Assembly: GCA_002269645.1 (NCBI GenBank)
Contig: NIVC01002914.1
Location: 1 to 59,368, forward strand
Reading direction: 5' to 3'
DNA length: 59,368 nucleotides
DNA from: Macrostomum lignano
Lineage: Eukaryota
This document shows positions 48,244 to 59,368 of this stretch, in pieces. The notes under the pieces are model-generated. The model was not told the DNA's origin. It did no database searches and worked only from the letters and a program-made list of their open reading frames with translations. Within the stretch, counting starts at the first letter, position 1, and every line of letters starts with the position of its first letter. A program made the position numbers and the translations under genes.

Positions 48244-48804
48244 ACAGCTAAAATTAGGCAGAAAGCAAAGAGCAGCAGCAGTTGAAGATCGAAATGAGCT
48301 GCTAATGATAAAATTGCGCACTGCACAGGAGTTTCGAATAAAATGCTACACTTTCGAGGCTCCAAAGTACAGCTGAGGCCACTCGCCACATGCATTGAAG
48401 TGAAACCATACTTTTATAAGTCTCTGCCAACTTTATCTGCTCAGACAGTGGTGCAATCTAATGGAGAATCTTAGAAAAATTAGCGACAGTCCGTAAATTC
48501 TAAGTTCCTCATGACTTCCTCAAAGCAGCAAATCTGTAAGCTATGCATGTATAGCGAAATGAGAGAAATGAGACTTGGTTTAAAATTATTTATGCCAAGC
48601 CATGCGGACCGCTGGATTCTTGTGTCAGTCAGTCAGATTTCATTTCCTGACCCATTGCCACTTATTAATACCTGCAGCATTGCATTATTAACATTGAATT
48701 CTCTTATATAGCACCAAAGTCCATGGAATTTCATGGTAGATTTTTATCCATAAAATTCAATACATTTGGTTACTGCAGCCATGCGTTTGCTTATGGGTAA
48801 TATC

Positions 48805-48945
48805 GAGAATTGGGTAATATCTAGAATTAGGTAATTAGGTAGAATCGGTTAATATTCAGAATTGGGTAATATCTAGAATTGGGTAATATATAGAATTGGG
48901 TAATATCTAGAATTGGGTAATATCTAGAATTGGATAATATCTAGA
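48805..48945. repeat. 17-bp tandem repeat (GGGTAATATCTAGAATT)n
   Basis: About 8 imperfect units. Confidence 0.85.
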
Positions 48946-49214
48946 ATAATAACTAGCTAGCTAAGGGCCATTGTGCGCCCTAATTATTGCCCAGCATGCG
49001 GGGACGCACTCACTCCAGCACTGCTCTCTCGAGCGCCACCCACCACACTCTGGTCTTGAAAATTGCCTTCACCCGGCGAGAAAAAGTAGAAATAATTCTT
49101 CTTCTGCTAAAAGAAGAAAAAGACCATTATAAAAAATGAACTATATAACTTGGCCATGGACGCCTATAGATAGATACCTGGCTTAGAAACTAGAGTTCAA
49201 GTCAGTTTGTTTGT

Positions 49215-49788
<574 letters not shown>

Positions 49789-50813
49789 TTGTGTGCATAC
49801 GGTGTAAACTCACGAATACTTTGGTTCATAATAATTTAATTTAATAATTTTCATTTAACCGGAGTTTATATTGATAGCTTATGGGGACTATTTTCCTACT
49901 CTTCTTGGCTTTAGCGGAAATTAAAAGAAGCTGTCAAGTCAAGTGAAAAATTATAAAATAAAGTTATCAAAGTTTTAATTCGTGTGAAGGATCCAGTGCC
50001 TTCTTTTGAGAAGTAAAGTGTTTTTAAAGTTTCTCTGAAGTTTTTCGTTTCGGCTTTGAAAACGGCTGGTTTTGAACGACTAGGCTTGCTAAAAGCAGAA
50101 TTTGTAGATCAGTAAGTCACAAGACAGGTGCGTGCAGATCTGTCGGATGCGGTAAAGTTTGCATACAAAAGCCATTGCGCCACACAGGTACAGGGCCACA
50201 ACACGCGGAGCACAATGAATTATAGTTACAACATGAAGCCGCTGATACAAAGCTAAGAAATTTGGTCTATTTTGAGTCTGAAGCAGTTCCGCATGTGTTT
50301 TTTTGAGCTGGTTAAAAAAACCTATACAACGGGTATGTGAGAACGAGTAAAAAAATGCTTCTAATAGTAACCCAATCTACCTTACTGTACAATAAAGTAA
50401 TGTTGGGGACACGGCTTAGCTAGACTATATGCTCACTATGCTCAACTGCTGCCCCGTCTATTCACAGGGATAGAGGTTTCACAGCTTAGAAGGGGGAAGA
50501 GGGCTTATTGGGAAAGAGGATGACTCAAAGCCTTACACAAAGGTTGAAATAATGGGGAACTGGGAGGGGCAGGCGGGGTAGGGGAGAATGGGAAGACAGG
50601 GAGAGAGCAGAAAGAGGGGAGTGGGGAAGGGGGAGCGGATCTCAGGACCACTGGCTGTATTTTTTTCCAATAATTGCCAACACGCACTGTAGTGCGTTCT
50701 CAGGGCAATTGTGTTAATACTTTAGGGAGACGCGATGGGCACAGCCCCACCTCAGCGACAGGCCATGGAGAGCTCTAACTGGAACTTGGATAGGCAAATC
50801 TCACCTTTGTTGC

Positions 50814-51110
50814 TCATTCATTCATTCATTCATTCATTCATTCATTCATTCATTCATTCATTCATTCATTCATTCATTCATTCATTCATTCATTCATTCA
50901 TTCATTCATTCATTCATTCATTCACTCACTCACTCACTCATTCAATTCATTCATTCATTCATTCATTCATTCATTCATTCATTCATTCATTCATTCATTC
51001 ATTCATTCATTCATTCATTCATTCATTCATTCATTCACTCACTCACTCATTCAATTCATTCATTCATTCATTCATTCATTCATTCATTCATTCATGCACT
51101 CATTCATGCA
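50814..51110. repeat. (ATTC)n microsatellite
   Basis: Directly visible, with ACTC variants. Confidence 0.97.
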
Positions 51111-51596
51111 CTCAAAACAGAGAAAAATTTGCAGCCAAAAGTCTCTAATCCAGTTTCTTGTTTAAGACGTCCTTGGCCAAGCCCACCCAAGCCCTTCAAC
51201 CCGCCCAGTCTGAGTCAGTGGGAGGGAGGCTACACATAGCTTTAACTCCCTTCTCTATTCTTCAAATACTCGTAATGCGCAGCGGTTACGAGCATTCATA
51301 ATTGATAGATATGATTTATAATGCCAATTAATTAGCCAAATCATTTTTTTGCGCGCTTTGTGGTAGCGGATTAAATCTAGAAGGTAGACAAGTCTTGAGT
51401 AGTGCAAAATTGCATGGATTATATATTTAATAGTTTATTGTTTGGGGAAGGAGTTGATTGTCTGACTCTCTGACCCCGATTGACCTTGTGACCCCAAACT
51501 GACACAGAAACCTAAAAACAGACGTTACAAAAGAAATAAACATATATTATTATCCAATATGCCAATGTGTTATACATGACACTTAATTCTGACCGC

Positions 51597-52128
51597 TTAG
51601 CTGACTCTTATGACCCCTGGACTGACTCTTATGACCCCTAGACGGATTCTTATGACCCTGGACTGACTCTTATGACCCCTGGACTGACTCTTATGACCCC
51701 TAGACGGATTCTTATGACCCTGGACTGACTCTTATGACCCCTGGACTGACTCTTATGACCCCTGGACTGACTCTTATGACCCCTAGACGGATTCTTATGA
51801 CCCTGGACTGACTCTTATGACCCCTGGACTAACTCTTATGACCCTGGACTGACTCTTATGACCCTGGACTGACTCTTATGACCCTGGACTGACTCTTATG
51901 ACCCCTGGACTGACTCTTATGACCCCTAGACGGATTCTTATGACCCTGGACTGACTCTTATGACCCCTAGACGGATTCTTATGACCCTGGACTGACTCTT
52001 ATGACCTCTAGACTGACTCTTTTGACCCTAGACTGACTCTTATGACCTCTAGACTGACTCTTTTGACCCTAGACTGACTCTTATGACCTCTAGACTGACT
52101 CTTATGACTCTGAACTGACTCTTATGAC
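51597..52128. repeat. 20/21-bp minisatellite (GACTGACTCTTATGACCCCTG)n
   Basis: About 25 units with recurring variant types. Confidence 0.95.
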
Positions 52129-52165
52129 TCCAAAACGAGTTCTAAATGAGCAACGCTCGTTTTAA

Positions 52166-52452
52166 GGATCTGGGAAGCTGGCCCAGCAGCTGAGGATCTG
52201 GGAGGCTGGCCCAGCAGCTGAGGATCTGGGAGGCTGGCCCAGCAGCTGAGGATCTGGGACACTGGCCCAGCAGCTGAGGATCTGAGAGGCTGGCCCAGCA
52301 GCTGAGGATCTGGGACACTGGCCCAGCAGCTGAGGATCTGGGAGGCTGGCCCAGCAGCTGAGGATCTGGGACACTGGCCCAGCAGCTGAGGATCTGAGAG
52401 GCTGGCCCAGCAGCTGAGGATCTGGGACACTGGCCCAGCAGCTGAGGATCTG
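52166..52452. repeat. 28-bp minisatellite, same family as 28317-29090
   Basis: CTGGGAGGCTGGCCCAGCAGCTGAGGAT units, about 10 copies. Confidence 0.95.
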
Positions 52453-52721
52453 AGGGTCTGGTGGTTAACTCATGGACGCAAATTTCAGGACAAGCCCAAG
52501 AATAATTATCGCAGCACGTGGCCCGGCTGGAAACTCAGATGCGTTACCGCCTGAGAAACACTTTTGCATCCCTTAGAGTTCAGCCATAGACACTTGGAAG
52601 CCAGCTGAGTATTGCTGCAGCAGGATTGAAGGTGAGAAACACAACTCCATCACCCAAGCCGGCCAGCCCTAACCGAAAGGATAGGAAATGCGGCAATCAA
52701 AACGATAAAGATTCGCCATAA

Positions 52722-53016
52722 ATGGAAAAATGTCAAGTGTGCAAAAAGTTGCTAAAAAAATCCGACAGATACGCTGTTAAACGTGGCCGAGTTTATTGCC
52801 CGAGCTGTTACAAGATTCTGGCCTCTAGCAAGTGCGGAGGCTGCGGTAAACCAATATTCGGCAACAAGCTGTGCGCCATGGAGAAGGAATGGCACCCTGA
52901 TCACTTCAAGTGCGTCGTCTGTCACAAGATGATCGAGGACGACACCTTTGCGATCTTCGAAGACCAGCCGGTGTGCAACGTGTGCAAAAATTCCAAGAAT
53001 CCACCAGCTAGCGCGA
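52722..53016 (+). CDS. LIM-domain protein, exon 1 (half-LIM + full LIM)
   Basis: ATG immediately preceded by an in-frame TAA. CQVC-x18-CPSC is followed by CGGC...WHPDHFKCVVC...VCNVC. GTGAGC donor at 53017 (phase 1). Confidence 0.88.
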
Positions 53017-53059
53017 GTGAGCTTTACGACTACCTAATATACTGTAATTAGTAATAAAA

Positions 53060-53836
53060 ATAGCTGGCAATCTTTGATTACACCTGCCCCAATGGGCAGA
53101 TGTGCAACCGACAGCTCAGCCGCTGCTATTGCGCGGCGCATCTGAAGGCTGCGTACGGCTGTTCAGTCCAAGAGCTGGGGAGGGGGGTCGCCATAGGGAG
53201 GGGTCGCCACACATACCCTCAATTAGGGGTCGCCACACACACACCCTCAATTAGGGGTCGCCACACACACACCCTCAATTAGGGGTCGCCACACACACAC
53301 TCAATTACCCCAGGGGGGTCGCCACACACACCCTCAATTACCCCAGGGAGTGGGTCGCCACACACACCCTCAATTACCCCAGGGAGTGGGTCGCCACACA
53401 CACACCCTCAATTAGGGGTCGCCACACACACACCCTCAATTAGGGGTCGCCACACACACACTCAATTACCCCAGGGGGTCGCCACACACACCCTTAATTA
53501 CCCCAGGGGGGTCGCCACACACACACACACACTCAATTACCCTAGGGAGGGGGTCGCCACACACACCCTCAATTACCCCAGGGAGTGGGTCGCCACACAC
53601 ACCCTCAATTAGGGGTCGCCACACACACCCTCAATTAGGGGTCGCCACACACACCCTCAATTACCCCAGGGGGGGGGGTCGCCACACACACCCTCAATTA
53701 CCCCAGCTAATGCTGGCACCATTTAACAGCTGGGTTAACTGAAGCAATGCAGAGTTAAGTGTCTTGCTCAAGGACACAAACACAAGGACACCTTTCAGTC
53801 GTGAGTCCGACTCTCTGACCGCTAGGCTACAACCCC
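53060..53836 (-). mobile_element. tRNA-derived SINE, family A (young copy) with an internal minisatellite expansion
   Basis: The minus strand reads GGGGTTGTAGCCTAGCGG head, core GTGTCCTTGAGCAAGACACTTAACTCTGC...CCCAGCTGTTAAATGG, and a 3' body matching 29980-30105. Segment 53190-53705 is a tandem array of GGGTCGCCACACACACCCTCAATTA. Confidence 0.85.
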
Positions 53837-53971
53837 TAAAACCATGACTAATTAGAATTATGAAATAATAAGTTTGATTACTTTGGCACCAATTCAAACG
53901 CAATTATTATTCTTAGAAATGGTTCTTGCCAACCAGCATGAGTTTCTATTTACCAATTGCCAAAACACCAG

Positions 53972-54384
53972 AGGTTAAACGTTGCAAGGAGTGCGAACAG
54001 CCTCTGCTAGCCATCAAGTACTACGTACAGAATGGTGAGTACTACTGCGAGCCCTGCTACGAGCAGACAGGCGCCCCGAAGTGTCACGAGTGCAAGCGGC
54101 CAATTCTCGGCAAATGGGTCACCTCCAACGGCAAGACCTGGCACGCGGAGCACTTCTGCTGCTTCAAATGCAACGACAACCTCATGGGCCGGCCGTTCAG
54201 CTTCAAACACGGCGACCTGATGTGCGTGCCCTGCTTCAAGAAGTTCGTGCTGCACCGGCCTACAGAGCCGAAGCCGACCACGGACCCGAGGTCCTTGACA
54301 GGACTACAAAGCCGGAGGAGGACTAGCAGAACTGATGGCTCAAGTGCATTTTTAATTCGAACGTTTTTTTCGCTTAGCGATTGA
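53972..54384 (+). CDS. LIM-domain protein, exon 2 (second half-LIM + full LIM)
   Basis: Phase-1 ACCAG acceptor ending at 53971. CKEC-x17-CEPC is followed by CHEC...WHAEHFCCFKC...MCVPC. An alternative in-frame ATG lies at 53938. Confidence 0.88.
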
Positions 54385-54636
54385 AACTACAACCCTCTTT
54401 TAATTTCCAGTGCATGGTCATGCTTTTTCATTTGTATACAAAGAGAAAATATTGAGCGCTTTTTTACACCAATTGAGTCTACAACTCAACAATAATTTAA
54501 GGATTTTTATTTGATCGATTTGCGCTCAACAGTTTGTACACGAAAAGCTAGTGGGTGTCTGCATGATCTAATTCCTACCGAATGACTTCAAATGAATTCC
54601 GATAAATCCACGTGACTTAAAATGGAATTATCACTA

Positions 54637-54900
54637 TAAAACAGAATAAATCACGTGACTTCAATTCTGATAGATCTCGTGGCTATAAATAGAATAAATC
54701 ACGTGACTTCAAATCGGATTGCTCTCGTGGCTATAAATAGAATAAATCACGTGACTTCAATGCGGATAGATCTCGTGGCTATAAATAGAACAAATCACGT
54801 GACCTCAAGTCGGATAGATCTCGTGGCTATAAATAGAATAAATCACGTGACTTCAATTCGAAAAGATCTCGTGGCTATAAATAGAAAAGTCACGTGACTG
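54637..54900. repeat. 48-bp minisatellite, each unit containing TCACGTGA
   Basis: AATAGAATAAATCACGTGACTTCAAT(G/T)CGGATAGATCTCGTGGCTATA, about 5.5 units. Confidence 0.92.
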
Positions 54901-54940
54901 TCATCGGATAAATCGCCCAGGATTCCAAAGCGCCACTTAC

Positions 54941-56352
54941 CGCTAGACAGTCTGTCCAAGCCTCCAGCCGGTGATTTCGCCTGCCTCAGCAGAGCCGCTG
55001 ACGCCGCCATCGATCCAGTCGTCGTTGTCGACTTCGTAGTTTTCGTCGTGGTCGCCGCCGTCTCAAAATCGGAGGCTACGCCAACGGCGAACCGCCGCGC
55101 CAGCAGGTCCAGATGCTCCTCAACGCTGCCAGACAGGCTGTCGCACGCGGACAGGCCAACGGATGTCAGCGTCTTGGCTTTCGCTGACACTGAAGACGCA
55201 GTTGGAAACGTAGTTAACGGAGATGCAAAGGTGACTGATGCAGAGGTGGATGAAGTGGCTGCAGCCGCCGTCGCTGACGAGGTTTTTGACGCCGAGCATC
55301 GCTGCAGCCAGTGGGGCACTCGGTGCAGCGGCAGGGCCGGAGGGCTCAGCAAAAACTCGGCTAGGCGACTCCTCCGACGCCGATGATCGGCGGACAGAGC
55401 ACCGACAGCATCAAGACAGGTGGACATGGCCGAGGCAGGGTCTTGGGGAGCTACTGGCGAATTTTGTTGCTGTAACTGCTGCTGCTGCTGCTGCTCCAAT
55501 CCTTGCTGATGAGGAATCGAGGCCGATACCTGTTGAGGGGCAGCCGGCGGAGGCGTTGGCAGCATCTGGAACTGGGAGTCAATCGAGTCGTTAGTTGCTG
55601 ACGCAGACGCGGCCGCAGTGCGTAGGTGATGGTTGCTGGCGTTCAGCTGCTTTGACTGACTGGCCGAGCCGCTGACGCCGCCGCCGCCGCCGCCGCCGCT
55701 GCCTCCAAGCAGCTTCGCGGCTGGAGCAGAAAAGAAGCTGAGCGAGCGGACAGCTTGCGTCTCAGATTGGACTTGGTTGATGCCTGCTGCTGCTGGTCAT
55801 GCTGTTTTTTCTTCTTTTTCTGGTCGATCGGCTTGCCCGTTTGTTGCTGATTATTATTCTTCTGCTGTTGTTGCTTTCCCGGCGAGTCCTTCAGCATGCA
55901 GTCGTCGCTTCGATGCCGCTTCACCGGTTCCGCTGTCGATTCGTCGTCCGTCGAAGTTTGTCGTCGACGATTGCCGCGAAGGTCGCGAATTAGTCGACGA
56001 AAATCCCAGACGCTGCCGGAGCGCGGTCCGTTGGCGGCTTCGTTTGGCTGATCAGTGTCGGACTCAGCGGCCGTGGAGTTGCTCTGCCGCTGTGGCAGGA
56101 CGTCCTTGATGTAGGCGTATCCGGGCTCTTCAAAGTCCTCGACACTGTCATTGTCATCGACGTCATTGGCGGTATCGTCGTTTCCGCCGCTTCCGGGTCG
56201 CCAGGAGGCGGCCGCCGCGGCAAGGAAGCGACCATCGCTACCGGTTGCGCCGTCCGTTGAATTTGACGCAGCGGACAAAGAGGCGGAAGTTCTGATGGTG
56301 ACTTGAGACGACTCTGGGCCCGCTGGTCCACGCTGGCGAAGGCTTGGCTGAT
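54941..56352 (-). CDS. Large low-complexity protein, long internal exon (one apparent 1-bp frameshift near 55730)
   Basis: TTGCAG acceptor (phase 1) and GTAAGT donor (phase 1). ORFs 55643-56278 and 54843-55565 join if one base is added at AAAA 55730-55733. Coding-like poly-Q/A/G/T tracts. Confidence 0.7.
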
Positions 56353-56554
56353 CTGCAAAGGCATGGTGAAGCAGTAATGGCGCCTCAAACTACACTCGAT
56401 GGATTGCGCCTCAAACGACACCCGATGGCGATTCAAGCTACACCCGATGGCGATTCATGCTACACCCGATGGCGCCTCAAACTACACCGATTGCGCCTCA
56501 AACTACACCCGATGGCAATTCAAACTACGCCTCGCTCCATATGTACCAACTCAC

Positions 56555-56846
56555 ATCTGTCAGAGCCGGTGCCGTCAGTCGATTTCGATCGCTCCTCGCT
56601 AGCCGACTTGGACCTCGTGAGGCTCCGACGTCCGCCACTCTTATTGCCGCTTTTCAACTTGGCAAGGCGGTGCTGCGGCACCGGCGTCTCAGAGTCCTCC
56701 GAGATCCAACGGCGCCCAGTCAGCGGGTCGATTGTCGCGCTAGGCGCCGAAACGTTGACGCCCGCTGAGTTGTAGGAACCGACGTTTGTCGCCGCGGTTT
56801 GTCGCATAGAAGTTGAACGGTCGAGAAGTTTCGGAATTCGATTAAG
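56555..56846 (-). CDS. Large low-complexity protein, internal exon
   Basis: TTCCCAG acceptor (phase 0) and GTGAGT donor (phase 1). Open frame LNRIPKLLDRSTSMRQ...GSDR. Confidence 0.7.
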
Positions 56847-57597
56847 CTGGGAAGTAAATTTGATGATGGAGTAGTTTTTCTTGCTAATTTAGATTCATGG
56901 ATAAATTTCATAATGACCTTGGTAACTAATGCAGTTTATTACCCTTAACGATCAATTTAGCGCTGCTAACAGGCTCTGCCTTATAGCAATCGTGGCAACC
57001 CCTTTCATAGAATCTCTGTCAAGCCCTTTTAATATTTAGCGTCCCTAACAACTCTTCACAACTCTTTGAGCTGCACAGTTGACAAGATCTTTTTAATAAC
57101 CCCAGGTGCCAACCCCATCCTGGATGACAATTTTTCGGCCTTGGTAATGTCTTTAATAGCATACAGGGTAATTGGTTTTTAAAGTCCATGACAACCCTGT
57201 TTTAGCGTCCCTGGCAACCCTGTTTTAGCGTCCCTGGCTGCGTCCCTGAGAGAGGTTGCGTCCCTGGCAACCCTGCTTGAACGGCCCTGGCAAACCTCTT
57301 TATAACGCCACACGCAAAATCGTATGTTAGTCTCCTTTACAATCCCCGTCAACAAAATCCCTTTATCGCCCCTTTGAAAAGTCCAACACGAAGCGTTAGT
57401 TTAATCGTGAGCTGAAATCCTTTATCGCTTCCCCAGGGGGTGGGTTGGATTTTTAAGAGCTAGTCATCTCAAACACCCTCGCTTGGAGAGAGAGAGAGAG
57501 AACAGTGAGCAGTAGTTGAATCCGTGTTAGCTTACAGACAACAATTTGCAGAGATTGCATTTGAGCAATCAAAGCGGAAATCGGAAAATTGGGGGTT

Positions 57598-57916
57598 AAG
57601 GATCACTGCTCTGTAGGGCTAAGGATCACTGCTCTGTAGGGCTAAGGATCACTGCTCTGTAGGGCTAAGGATCACTGCTCTGTAGGGCTAAGGATCACTG
57701 CTCTGTAGGGCTAAGGATCACTGCTCTGTAGGGCTAAGGATCACTGCTCTGTAGGGCTAAGGATCACTGCTCTGTAGGGCTAAGGATCACTGCTCTGTAG
57801 GGCTAAGAATCACTGCTCTGTAGGGCTAAGGATCACTGCTCTGTAGGGCTAAGAATCACTGCTCTGTAGGGCTAAGGATCACTGCTCTGTAGGGCTAAGG
57901 ATCACTGCTCTGTAGA
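57598..57916. repeat. 23-bp minisatellite (AAGGATCACTGCTCTGTAGGGCT)n
   Basis: About 14 nearly identical units in an intron. Confidence 0.97.
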
Positions 57917-57979
57917 GTTTTGGATGATTATTCAAAGACTTTTTAAAATCTTAGATAAGTTCCAGACAGCTTGTCTCAC

Positions 57980-58414
57980 CAGTCCAGCGGCGGCGGGCAG
58001 AAAGTGTGGAGGCTGCCGCTCTCCCGTCTCTGTCGCCGCTGCCTTCGCACTCGTCCAGCCGGTCGTGATCGGACTCCAGCTCCAACTCGGCTTCGATCGA
58101 CTCTTCAGATCCGGCCGATTGGCCGAAGCGAAACAGGTGGGCTGGCGAGGCCGCAAGACCGCGCTCAATCAGCGCTCGATTCGCCGCCAGCTTTGCGGTC
58201 TCCTCAGCCAGCAGACCGGCCAGGGCCGCCGACGTCGCCTCCGCGTTCGGTCGCTCCTCGGCGGCGGCTCGAAGTCGAGTGACTAACGGAGGGCGATTTG
58301 CGGCCGAGAGCTGGCCGAGCTCGCTGTTGGAGGCTGATCGAGTCGGCTGCGAAAGGTCGGATTCTGCCGCTATGGCTGCCAGCTGCTCAGCAGTGAGCTG
58401 CAGCTCAGGAATAC
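57980..58414 (-). CDS. Large low-complexity protein, most 5' exon visible
   Basis: CTAACAG acceptor (phase 1) and GTGAGA donor at 57979. Ala/Glu-rich open frame. Phase to the next exon fits only with a 1-bp correction near 58023-58025 or an unseen exon. Confidence 0.6.
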
Positions 58415-58459
58415 CTGTTAGAGGCATTTGGCAGATAACTGGTTTCTTAGGCTCACTAG

Positions 58460-58805
<346 letters not shown>

Positions 58806-59368
58806 TTTTTTGAGGCGGGCTGGCTGGGGATGAAGTAGTGTGACTCGAGCTCATTTACAATTCCCATTTTGTATCATTTACTAAACTAATATTGATTTTC
58901 TTTTGCGGTTATATCTTTATCTTTCTGTCTAGTTTTCGACACTAATTAAAACAAAAATCTATTCTAGGTGACTTTACGTGCCATCGCGTAAGTTGCAAAC
59001 TAATAAAGTAAGCTTGCATACCTATGTTAGTTTTCTTTTAACTGCACCACAGAGTAGAATAATTTGAGTGAGGCAACGGTTTCGAATTGAGTTTTCCAAG
59101 CAACAGCTGGAAATTCAGTGCGCTCGCGTCAAAAGCAATGGCTGTTTCCAAATCACGCGAGATTGCTATGCGCCTGGGACTTTACAGCACGGCGGCAGTA
59201 AATAAACTGCTAGCATTTTTACTAGATAACTGCCCCAGCCGGTTAATCCCATTCTCCCTCGACTCTGCAACCTAAACTCTCCATTCCGCTATTACTCATT
59301 CGCTTCTTAAACAAACCAAACCCCCATGCTTAAAACGTGAACAAGTTTGAAAGCAATTATTTTGTTTG

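Noticed and set aside
57536-57610. 75-nt candidate exon using an acceptor inside the 23-bp minisatellite
   Set aside because: It has a GTAAGC donor but preserves phase, so it does not resolve the phase conflict between the flanking exons. There is no other support.

Overview
This is eukaryotic, intron-containing and repeat-rich DNA from an animal. Simple-repeat content, poly-Gln/Ala exons and the style of the WSC domain suggest the flatworm Macrostomum, which is an inference I could not verify. No prokaryotic operon, CRISPR array, rRNA gene or true tRNA gene is present. Genes I can support: ERCC1 (-, 840-2147); an FBXL16-like F-box/LRR gene (-, 3 exons, 13517-17224); a secreted WSC + PAN/apple-like protein (+, 24253-25697); a peflin-like penta-EF-hand gene (-, 41294-43337); and the 3' six exons of a large low-complexity protein with no recognisable domain (-, 44925-58414). 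The 8.2-kb intron of that last gene hosts an antisense LIM gene with an unusual half-LIM/LIM/half-LIM/LIM layout (+, 52722-54384). Mobile DNA includes a 7.6-kb Mutator-like element with TIRs, an 8-bp TSD and a truncated PHD-finger transposase (30143-37785). There are also at least eight hAT-type MITEs with 8-bp TSDs, two tRNA-derived SINE families, a Gypsy-type gag remnant, and many micro- and minisatellites, several of which demonstrably grew inside the transposons. Three apparent 1-bp frameshifts at short homopolymers look like long-read assembly errors. All exon boundaries were read by eye from GT/AG sites and phase matching, not from transcripts.
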